From: Macrostomum lignano
Lineage: Eukaryota
DNA length: 64,000 nt
Assembly: GCA_002269645.1 (NCBI GenBank)
Contig: NIVC01001138.1
Span: forward strand, 62,001-126,000
Reading direction: 5' to 3'
This document shows positions 24,326-35,700 of the stretch, one piece after another. Within the stretch, counting starts at the first letter, position 1. Each line of letters starts with the position of its first letter. Both the position numbers and the translations under genes were made by a program. The notes beneath the pieces are model-generated. The model searched no databases. It was not told where the DNA came from and saw nothing but the letters and a program-made list of their open reading frames with translations.

Positions 24326-26713
24326 TCAGGCTTACCATTTGGCTTTCTAGGCCAGCTACAGAACGCTTACTGGACAGAACTGCAGTGAAGTTCTTCAGCT
24401 GCCTCTGCTGCACTGTCTGCTCAAAGTCGGCCGCCTTTCACACCTGCAGCTCGCCAGTCGAGCTGTTGCCGAACCGCCTGGCTACGTGAGTCATTGGCGG
24501 GCCCAGCTGCTTCGAGGCGTCATTGATGAAGAGCAGCTCGCAGATGCCGGATCCATGGATCCAATCCATGGGTTTTAGGGCTGTTTTAATGAGCCAGGAA
24601 GTTTTAGGACCGAGATAGTCGGGGGGCCGGGGCTGCTAAACACCTTGGGATGCCTGCGGTCTTGCTGGCAGACGACAGATTGCTTCTGTTGCTGAATAAT
24701 TTTCGAGATCTGCTTAATACTCCCCCTATCCAATATGAGAAGCTTCAGTTGGTTATCTCTTCCTCCCAACTCACTCCATCATCTGGTTGCATGGTGACAA
24801 TGGTCGCGGCCGCTCACTAGGACGGCTGTGTGGCTGTTTGATGGAGCCACAGGCCATAGCAACGTGGGAGAGAGGAACAACTGCCTCTGTGTTAGACCTC
24901 CCCGTCCCATTTCTCTGTTCTTATCCCAGATGGCCAGCCGAGGTTCCAGCCGAGGTTTCAGCCGACGTGAAGGGCTGTCATCAGGTGTACCAAGAGCTCT
25001 TCCTATGGAACAACGATGGTTATGCCCGGCGAGATCTAGTTAAGGCACTGTGCCTTGTCGCCGCGAATCTACCGTGGCGTGGAGGCCAATTTCTCCGGAA
25101 CTGCAGCGCCTGCGTCCTTTCCGAGAATGCGTTCAAGCCGATCAAGGTCCCATGGTCAGCGACGGAGCTACCAGCGGGTCCATAGCGACAGCTGCAAGGT
25201 TGACAGCGTCAGAGAGCTGCCGGCAATCGAGGTTGGTGCAGTCTTATTGACTTTTCATCGCAGTCCACGTTCTCTACTTCAAGTGGCCTGAGATCATAGC
25301 CAAGGACCACTGTATAGCTTAAATCTGATGAACCACCGGTAGGAAAGGAAAGTTAGTTACTTCGAAAGGAGACTATAAAGCTATAGGCAATAGAATAAAT
25401 TAATGGGTACACCGTGTGGTAACGAATAAACAGCGGGTGTAATCCCTATTCAAAAGACATTATGTACGAGCTAAAAAATAGGGGGGGGGGCGTGGAGCCC
25501 TCAATTTACAGTACATGTACCAACTACTACGAGAAGGGGGATTTTCACGTAGGAAAATACTGACGTCAACTACACGTCAAAGTTACACTTAAAGAAATGT
25601 TACAGTACAAGTTTACGTTTCGTCTACCTTAAACACCACTTCTAGGAACAAAACTTACGCTTAGATATGTTTGGGTTAAAAAAATATAGCTTAAAAACGA
25701 AACCTAAGAATATTAACGAATTAAAATAAAAATAGTTAAAGTTCTTTACTACATAATTTTAAATATAGTCGTGCAGTGACTGACAGCTCTACTCTTCACA
25801 AGGTGTAACTTTAAATTTATACTGTCAGCGTGCAGTACTTTAGTTAAGCAAAATATGTTGGACTACCACACAAAAACAATATGCGCGAGATGAAAAAAAG
25901 ACAAAACAATTAAAGAAAACAAAAAACAATCATATTTGAAAGAGCGTTTTACCTACAAACATACAAACAGCACAAAAAGTATAAGTGCGCCATTAAGTTT
26001 TCATGCTACAGAAAATTTCCACAGAATAATTCAAAAGAACATATCGTATTTTTTAGTTTTTCATTTGAAAACTTTAAAGAACGTGTTGATCATCGATCGA
26101 TCATCGATCTCTATCACAATATTACAGGATTAAAATTACATTTTAATCTTGTAAAAGAGGAATTAAAACAAAGAGTAGTTACCGAAAAGCAGCAAAGAGG
26201 TTAGCGAGAACTTTGAAAGATTAATATTTGAAAATATAAACTTTACGATGATTTCAAGCAATGAAACTTTGTAATTTCGCATTTCCAAATAAAACACCAA
26301 TAAATTATTCTTCGTTGTCATTCTATTTGTATTAAATCAGGAACAAAAATGTCAACTGAGAGCACTACATAATTTGCTTAGGATGATTCTGTGTTTAAAA
26401 AGCTACTACAAAAAAACCTAAAAATCATAAATTTAAAAAGCTGTAAACTGTTTTACCATCAATTTCTACAACATAAAAATTGCTCACCTTGGAATTCCAA
26501 ATTTTTGGATTTCCAATTGATTTGGATTTCTGCAATTTTACTTATGAATATTTAATAACAGACGTAGATGTACTGTTTTCATTGGGATGATAATTTAAGA
26601 CGATTCGTAGAATTTGCAACCTACTGTTTTGGTTTTTAAGTCAACCAATATCATACTATCTCGATCTTGCCTCAAAATATCGCCTCTGAACTCGAGCTCC
26701 ATCCGCCAGCCTC

Positions 26714-29700
26714 TCAGCCGCAGCTACCGGACGCGGACTCCAGCCGGATGGACGCGAAGCCCTGGTCGCCAGTCGAGACGGTTCCGGAGACGCAGCCGCC
26801 CAGGCAGAAGGAGCCGCCGCCGCCGGCTTTGTGCCCGTAGCCGACCCCGGCCCCGCCGCCGCTGAAGCCGCCGCCAGCGCCCGGAGCTCCGTATTTGCCG
26901 CCGCACATGCAGCCGCCTCCGCCGCCTCCGCCGAAGCCGCCGTCGCAGGCGCTGCCACCACCGGCGCTGCCGCCGACCCAGCCTTCGGCCAGACCGCCGC
27001 CTCGCTCGCCATCACTGGAGCTGCGCCTTGGGTTGACGGCCCTGCCGAGCCAGCCGGCGCCGCAGCCGCCGTGGTTGGTAGCGTTGCGCGTGCTGCTTGG
27101 ATCGTTTGTGCCCGGCTGGCCATTGCTGCCTCCGAATCCCATAGCAGTGTAGTGAGCTCCAATGGTGTCGGAGCCGTTGACACCGACTTCTGCTGGCCTT
27201 CCTAATCAGAGTATCAAGCATTGGAACACATAACATATACATATACAGCACGGTGAATTTACATATAGTCGTAACAGATGTTGTATCCCTGCAGCCCCCG
27301 GCCCGGCAGTAGGGTGGTCCTACAGGGTACAGTACAATCGGGTCCTTGCTAAGCCTGCGCGCGGGCGCTAGGGCGAGCACTTCCCTGACAGTCTGGGGCG
27401 TCAGGACGCACCCACGCAGCCTTCCCACGCGTCGGGACGCAGTGGTGAGGGCCGCCTTCAGCGAGGCGTCGGGACGCACTGGCTGGCGTAGAGGCGTACG
27501 GTAGGTATCCTACTGCCGTATAAACCCCAACTAGCTGAGTCGGCGTCCGGACACACGGACTCTCTGCCCCCTAGGCAACCGAAAGAACGAAGACAGGACG
27601 CGCACTTACTTAGTTGGCAGCTGTCGCTCAGGGCTCAGGAAGATGGCCTTCTTTGGTGTATTTCTTTATCAAAGTGGGTCTGTATAACTTGGGCTGTTTA
27701 ACTTGGGCTGTAGATAGCTCTGACGAAGAACCACGTGCACGGAGAGGGGACAGTCGAGACGCGCACCGCTCCAACCCGCCGCGAGCGATGTTAAATAGCA
27801 CACGCCCGCGGAGGGGGAGGGCCACGCGCTCTCAACCCCACCACCCCACCAACCCCCAGCCAACCCCCCCCCGGGGCCGGCCACCAAGCCCGCCGCCGGC
27901 TCAGCCAATCACCACGCGACTGGCTGGCCGCGACCAATCGCCACGCAGGGCGAGCAAACAAATGCCAAAACTTAAGCCTCTGGCTGCGGCAACGCAAAAA
28001 GGGGGGTGAATAACAAAAACTGAAAACAACTAGTTGAGGGGTGACTCAGCCCGCTGGGGCTAGGTGCACAGGCCCGCAAAAGTGCACAACACAACACCCC
28101 GCCTCCCAACAAAAGGAAGAAGCTCATACGAGCCAGTAACGCTGATTACAGAAACAAATGACAACGAATGACACCACAGCTGCACAACCTGCACCGCACA
28201 TGGGCAAGGGGTTCAAAGGCTGCTTGACCTACATGACTGACAACACGCGTACATTAAATCGATGGGGTTGAACACGAAATAAAACAACCAGATGAACCAA
28301 TGATGACAAAAGGAATTAACGTGTGATGCCACAAAAATTCGACCATTGACGACGCAAAAAAACTTGACTGCTAATGACGCAAAAAGATTTATGGAATTCT
28401 GACACCAATGATTTAACGATGAACGACACAAAAGAGTTTAATGATAAATGATTAGAGCTAGTCACTGTTCTCCACCGCACCGTCCCTGTGCTAATCCTTG
28501 CCGAGTCGGCTGCCCTTTCTCCGTTGACTCTCGACACCTCGCCTGGGTCCGGGGTTCCGGCGCTGGCGTCGGCGTCACCAGAATTAAGCTTCAGCCCGGT
28601 GACTGCTTGGCGTCCGCTGGAACCCGCCTGGCCTGGGACCATCACTTCAGTGGAGGACGCCGCTGCTTCTCACCCGGCCGCCGCTATTGCTGTCCACTCT
28701 GGACGACCAGGTGCTTGCCAATCGTGCGCCTCCCGCCTCCAGTCTCCCGGCTGCCCCTCTACCTAACCCTCATACCACCCATACGGTAACCCAACTGCAT
28801 ACGACTAACACGGAAAATACGATACACCCAACCCCCGCACCAGGGACAGGGAAACGAACAACCGGACACGCCCGACAGGGCCTGCACCCCCAGCCCAGCC
28901 CACACTCACACCCTACTAGCACTCGCACGCCACCACACGAGCACAACAGCGCAGCAGCGCCTGGACCTGGCCCGCACCTAGCAGCTCGAACCGAGGGATC
29001 ACCACCTTCCGCATCACTCGAGCTGCTCGCTTTAAACATTCGCGTTTCCAACCGCTCCGACGACCGCGTCCCTTGGACCACGTCACTGAAATGTCCCGGC
29101 GCAGAAACTTGAGCACTTGAAGTGTCACCGCCGTCAGATAACGCCTCGGCTCTTCTCGCCGCACCCTAAACAGGTCAGCCAGCTCCTCAAACACGTTTAC
29201 GATCTCTTCCTCCTCGCCCTTCAGCAATGCCGTTCTCAGACTCCGGCGCAGCTCCACAAATCTCGTTGTGCTCGGTAACGGTAGCTCCTCCATCTCGACT
29301 GTCGTCGCCCCGACCGGTACCAGCTTCCAAGCCTCGACATCCGGCAGGTCCTCCCCGTCTGTCTCCATCTCTCCGACCTGGTCTGTTTCGTCGTCGCTGA
29401 TAATGATGCAGTAGCCGCTGTCTGGCGCATAGCTTCGCTCGAATGACTGACGAAAACCCTGCTCCTCGGCCTCCCAGCCGGGCGGCCGACTTCCGTCGCT
29501 GACGGCCGACTCACTGTCGGTATCCCCGGGTTCGTCGTCTCCACGGAAGGCGTCCGCATCCGACTGCTCGTCCTCACTCGGCATGTCCTCATCTTCCAGC
29601 CTGATCGCTTCCAGGATGTCCTCTGGCACGGGAATGTCTGACGGGGGTTGAACCTGTCTAGCCAACTCTACCGCCCCGCTGAACGAGATTGACGAATCAC

Positions 29701-32700
29701 CGTACATGTCATACAACCACCGCCGAAATGGGCACCCGAGAATTTCATACGCGACGTTGAGGGCTTTGCATTTCTCTTCTGCGAATGCCCGGTCCGGGTG
29801 CTTGTCCGGGTGATACTTCAGGGCTAGCCGCCGATAGGCTCTCTTGACTGCAGTTGCCTCCACCCCCTGGTCGATCTCCAGTTCGTCGTACAAGGACATC
29901 TACGGAGTGCCGTTTCTTGCCGTTAAAATCGCATTTTCCGCTACTAAACCTGGTCCGTGTGCCTTCCGACTCATCCACCCGCTACAACCACCTAACCGCC
30001 GACAACCCCCAACCCGTTCAGAACCTCAGCCGATCCGGCGGTCGCCTGTGCCGAGTCGGATATCTCCTGGTGGTGAGAGTCTCCGCTGCGGGCGCTTCTA
30101 GTCCTTTCCATTCTTCTGGTGGATCGGGTCCTTCCCATTCTTCCGGCAGGCCACTTTGAGGCGACTCCGAGCTTCTCACGCTACCACCGACCTCGTTCTC
30201 CAGTCCTTGCTCGACCTCCGCTGGTGGTGGTCGACCACGTCGGCCTACCTGCTCAGCTTCCTCCTCTTCATCCTCTTGGCTCTGCACGTCCTCTGTCACC
30301 GCACCTCCTTCCTCCTGGCTCGCTTCGTTCGCCGCTGACCTCGACTTCTTATAAGGCGACAGGTTGTTGAAATGTACTCTTTTGGTCCTCCTTGGATTAG
30401 CCGGATTCTGAACTTCGTACACGGTCTCGGAAATCTTCCGCACCACTTCAACTGGTCCCTTCCAATCGACCCGGAACTTGTTCGGCACCTCCCCCGGCTT
30501 GGCTGGCACGAACACAAAAACTAGGTCCCCGGGTTGGTGCGCGGATCCACGTACTTTCCTGTCGTAATAGTCCTTCTGCAACTTCTGGTATGTGCCGGTC
30601 GCTCGTCGCACTGCTTCATGTGCTTGATGGAGGTGCTTTCTCAAGCCGGCCACGTACGTTGACTCGTCCAGCGGCTCTTGTGGTGTTTTGTAAGCTACAT
30701 CCAGTGGTAATCGCATCTCTTGGCCGTGCAGGAGGAAGTACGGTGTGTAGCCAGTGCCGCGATGCACACTTAAACGGTACGCCATCAAGGCTGAGTCGAT
30801 TAGTTCATCCCATTTGTGTGACTCTGCTCCCTCAGCGATGTAGCTTCGCAGTACTGACTTCAACGTCTGATTGAACTTCTCCACCTGCCCATTTCCACTT
30901 GGATGGTAGGCCGTGGTTCTGGTTTTCTGGATTTTCAGAAGCGTGCACAGCTCTCGCATTACTCGAGACTCGAAGTTCCGCCCTTGGTCACTGTGAATCG
31001 AACTCGGGCAACCGTAGATACTAACCCAGTGCCCAAATATGGCGCGCGCCACTGTTGATGCTCGTTGGTTGCGGATCGGGATCGCTGCCGGCCATTTAGT
31101 GAACGCATCCTGCAGCGTTAAGATGTACTGATGACCTCTGGCACTCCTTGGCAACGGCCCGACAATGTCCACCATCACTCTCTCAAAAGGTTCGCCCGTT
31201 CGAATCGGCTCTCCACTGGAGATTCGAACTCTCTAGCCTTCTTCGCCAACTTCGAGCGGCCGCAGACTTCGCAGCTCCTTACGCTCTCGGCGATCTCGCG
31301 GCTGATCCCGGGTCTCCAGAACCGTGCAAGGACCTTTCGCTTTGTCTTCTGCAGGCCGAAATGGCCGCCCGCCACGCCACTATGACAGTCGATCACAATC
31401 CTCTGCAGCAGACTCTGTGGTAGCACAATCTGGTCCGCGCCTTTCCACCTCCGCACCAATATTCCGCCGTCCACCTTGAGCTGCTCGCACTGCGCCATGA
31501 GCGCTCTGCCCCCTGGGGTCCATCTCAGCTTCTCGCTCACGCTCTCATTTCCGCTGACCAGCTCTTTCATCCATCGAATCTCGTCTTCCGCGTACTGCGC
31601 TTTTACCAGTTCATGTCGCTCGTCAGCCACGTTCAGCGCACTCACACCATTTGAGATCACTGGTGCAAAATCTGAGCAGGATGGAAATTCTAGGAAGCCT
31701 GCATGTCGCCGGGTCTGCCGTCTTGACAACGAATCCGCATTTCCGTGACAGAGCCCGCTGCGATGCACCACGTAGTAGTCGAATTCTGCCAGCTTTTCCA
31801 GCCACCTAGCACACTAACCTTCTGGATCCTTCAGATTTTGAATCCACTTCAAGTTGTTGTGATCCGTTCGCAAGCAAAATCTTCTTCCAGCCAGATAGTA
31901 CCGATACTTGACCATGAACGTCACCACCGCCAGCAGCTCTACTCTGGTCGTGCAATAGTTCCGCTCTGCCGATGACAACGATCTTGAGCCATACGCGATA
32001 ACCTTCTCACTTCCGTCCACTTGCTTCTGAGACAACACGGCGCCAATGCCAATAGATGAGCTCGCATCCGTGTCAAGAATGAACTCGCCGGCCTCGGGTC
32101 CAAAATCCGGAAACGCCATCACGTCTGTACTCGTCAGCCGCGCTTTCAAGTCCCGGAACGATCGCTCTTCGTCCGGTCCCCACTCAAACTCGACACCTTT
32201 GCGAGTCAACCTGAGCAGCGGCTCGGCAACACTCGAGAAGTTTTTGATAAATCGGCGATAATAGCTGCACAATCCCATGAACGATTGCACGTCTCTGGTG
32301 TTCTTCGGTTGGGGCCAGTTTCTGATCACTTCGACCTTCTCACTCTCCGTCTCCACTCCCGCCTCCGACACCTGATGGCCCAGGAACGTTACCTTCTTCA
32401 TCAGAAAATGACACTTCTCTGGCTTCAACTTCACTCCAGCCTTCCGCAGCCGAATGAACACCTCTTCTAACCTTTCCAGATGCTCGTCAACCGTCTTGGA
32501 CCACACGAGGATATCGTCCAGGTAGATTAAGCATGTCTTCCAGGCCACGTCGCGCATTGCTAGAGCCATCAGCCGCGTGAAAGTTGCAGGGCTATTGACG
32601 AGTCCGAACGGCATCACTTTCCACACGTACTGACCCTTCAGAGGCACCGAGAAGGCCGTCTTGAGTTGATCCTCTAGTCTTAATTTCACCTGCCAGTAGC

Positions 32701-35700
32701 CGCTGTGGAGGTCCATCGAGCTGAACACTCTGGCTCCCGCCAGTTCGTCCAACGCATCATCCATCCTCGGCAACGGAATTGCATCTCGTGTCGTTACTTT
32801 ATTCAAACCACGGTAGTCTACACACATCCGTAAGCTGCCATCCTTCTTGCGTACACAAACGATTGGCGCGTTCCAAGGAGACTGTGCTGACTCAATGCGT
32901 CCCTGCTCTTCTAGCTCATCCACGAGAGCATGCACTTCTTGCCTAAGGTGCGGGGGCAGCCTCCGTGGCGGGATGTTGACCGGCTTGGCCTCTCCAGTGT
33001 CGATCTGGTGCTCCACCAAGGGTGTCACACCCAACTGTGCTGAGTCCGTCGCGAAAAGATCACCGTACGAGTCGACTAAGTCCTTAAACCGCTGGCGCTG
33101 CCTCTCAGTCGTCATTCCGTCACCCCACTTGCCGAGCTTCTCCCAAACTTTGTCCTCTTCGCGTTCCTCGGCCTTATCTGTCCTGCTGAGACGTTCCTTT
33201 GAATTACTTTGCAACGCCGCGATCCTTGGCTGCTCTTCCAGTTCCAGCGGTCGATACCAGCCAACAGCCTCTCCTCGCCGCAACCGCACCGGTTGCTCTG
33301 ATAGGTTGCAGACACAAACCACAATCTTTCCGTTCTCATCTGGGGTCACAAGCGTTCTCGCGGCAACCACTCCAGTTCCCTTGAGGTGCTTCAACGGATC
33401 CATCATTCCTGCTACTCGGACATTTCGACCTCCCCTCGTATCCAGTCGACCGAGCAGAACCGCCTCGTGGCCTGGTTTAACCGTTGCTGTATCATTCAGG
33501 CGAATCCGGCACACCACTGGTCGCTCTCGTTGGAACCGGATCGGAAGCACTACATTCCTGAGTCGCAGCTCTGCTCTGGCGTAATCGATTTGGCAGCCAT
33601 GCCGTTGCAGAAAGTCCGAACCCAGCACGAGGTCGTAACCAATCCCTGCCACCACCAGCACGTCGATCGGCACGCTCTCATCCATTTCTAAGTCCAACGT
33701 GGTGACACCAATCACCTGAATGGGACTGCCATTTGCAGTTGTGACTTTGGCGAATGGCCCCCGGAAAAGCTCTGGTTTGTACCGCAACCACGAGAACATC
33801 GCCTCCGACATGATGGTACACGAAGCTCCCGAGTCCAACAGCGCTGACACGTGATTATCTTTGGCAATCTTTATACTCACATAGACTGATGTCGGGACGA
33901 TGTTGATGGTGGCCTGTGAAATACTCGGCTTCGGGACAGTGCTAGATGCTCGAGTCAGTGATGTCGCAGCCGGTGCAAACGTCGATGAAGCAGCAGGTGC
34001 GACGGTTGATGACGCAACAGGTGGGACGATTGATGACGCAACAGGTGGGACGATTGATGACGCAACAGGTGAGACGGTTGATGATGCAATAGGTGGGACG
34101 ACTGATGACGCAACAGGTGAGACGATTAATGACGCAACATGTGGGACGATTGATGACGCAACAGATGGGACGACTGATGACGCAACATGAGAGACGATTG
34201 ATGATGAGTTAAATGACGCCTGATCCCTTTTCCTCGACGGCTCCATTTGGGGGCGTTTCATGACCTCCGGGGCTCACTTCCCCCACTGCGGGCCCCGCTC
34301 TCCATTTCCCTCCGATCTACACTTGGCAGCCACGTGACCAAGTTTGCCACACCGGTGGACCGAATGCCGCGTCCCGCTTGAGCTCCTTGGTGCGGACCTC
34401 CGGCTTTCTTCGGACAACGGTTCGCCATGTGCCCCTTCTCATGGCAATTCCAACACTCCACATCGCTCTGTTGATTCGCTGGTGGTGGTCTCTGAGAACT
34501 CTTCCCTCCGCCGGATCCTGACGCCTGACTCTGCCGTAGCTGCCGTTCCAGCGCCTCGATCCTGGCCCGCAGGGCGCCGACGTCCTCTTGATTTGCCTCC
34601 CCGGCTGCGCCCACAGCGTTGAAAGCCGCCGTCTTGCCTTGTCCCGGCTGCCCCACGTGAGCCGCTCGAATTGCAGCGTCCAGCTGACGGGCACTCCTGA
34701 TCGCAGCAGCCAGACTCTCCGGCTGGCTAAGAAATACTTTCTCCCGGACTGGCTCGGCTACTCGCACAACTTCATGAATCGGTCCTTGGCCAGCTCCGAC
34801 CTCGCGTCCTGATCAATCGTCGGATAGGCGTTCCGGACTATCTCGAGCAGGGCGTCACCGTAGGCCTCCATCGACTCCTTCTGGTCTTGGTCCCGTCCCG
34901 CCAGCTCCAATCTGAAGTCTTGCGGAGTCCGATGCTGCGTGAACCTGTTCAGCAGATGTTCAGTAAACTCCTCATACTCCAAATCATCCGCCAGATTAAG
35001 GTTGTCCACCGCGATATACGCTGTGTTGAGATCCAGCAGACTCATCAGATGTGGCCTTCGATCCGCTTCTTCAATCCCAGTCGCCTCACAAAATTCGTTG
35101 AAACTCCTCAACCACAGGCGAAAATTCATTCCAGTCACATACTTAACTGGCTTCGCAACTCTTGGAGGCCCATGGTTCAAATTCTCGCGCAGCCTGTCCG
35201 TCAGCGCACCAATCAGGTCATCGATACCCGCCATTGGTCACAGTAAAACCACAAGCCGCCGACTGCACTGGCACAATTAAGCGACTCGACTCGAAGCTCG
35301 ATCCAGAACTCGACACGAAGAACTCACTACCCTCAACACAACACACCCAGAAAAACTACAGGCAAAGCAGGTCCCTGTTTGGGCGCCAATTTGTTGTATC
35401 CCTGCAGCCCCCGGCCCGGCAGTAGGGTGGTCCTACAGGGTACAGTACAATCAGGTCCTTGCTAAGCCTGCGCGCGGCGCTAGGGCGAGCACTTCCCTGA
35501 CAGTCTGGGGCGTCAGGACGCACCCACGCAGCCTTCCCATGCGTCGGGACGCAGTGGTGAGGGCCGCCTTCAGCGAGGCGTCGGGACGCACTGGCTGGCG
35601 TAGAGGCGTACGGTAGGTATCCTACTGCCGTATAAACCCCAACTAGCTGAGTCGGCGTCCGGACACACGGACTCTCTGCCCCCTAGGCAACCGAAAGAAC

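Larger units (their letters stand above)
22476..24560 (-). pseudogene. Pseudogene copy A of the PAN + ALK/LTK-type glycine-rich family
   Basis: Exons ~24560-24371, 23757-23437, 22871-22476 share splice phases with the paralogs. In-frame TGA at 24438-24440 (Trp in paralogs) and at 22780-22782 (Gly in paralogs); frameshifting deletion near 22690; 5' exons missing. Confidence 0.85.

Noticed and set aside
24438-24440. In-frame TGA as selenocysteine or an alternative genetic code
   Set aside because: Paralogs have Trp here, and the same copy has a second TGA, a frameshifting deletion and a 5' truncation, so it is a pseudogene.
25325-25352. CTGATGA...GAAA as a hammerhead ribozyme core
   Set aside because: Stem II does not close directly onto GAAA, and no stems I/III with an NUH site could be built.
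26656-27183. Ala-rich ORFs overlapping the glycine-rich exons (also 26831..27205 and 52888..53277)
   Set aside because: Alternative-frame or antisense shadows of GGC-rich coding sequence.
27614-28009. 131-aa ORF duplicated at 35726..36124
   Set aside because: It lies within the two LTRs, antisense to the element, and has no recognisable domain.
28916-29899. Intact J-ORF beside broken gag/pol as proof of host domestication
   Set aside because: With ~4 lesions in ~5.2 kb, a 1-kb ORF would escape by chance about half the time, so this is not evidence of selection.
34258-34261. AUGA stop/start overlap between ORF 34258..34767 and pol as termination-reinitiation
   Set aside because: That gag stop belongs to a frame reached only through the 1-nt deletion near 34358; the restored gag ends at 34274 instead.
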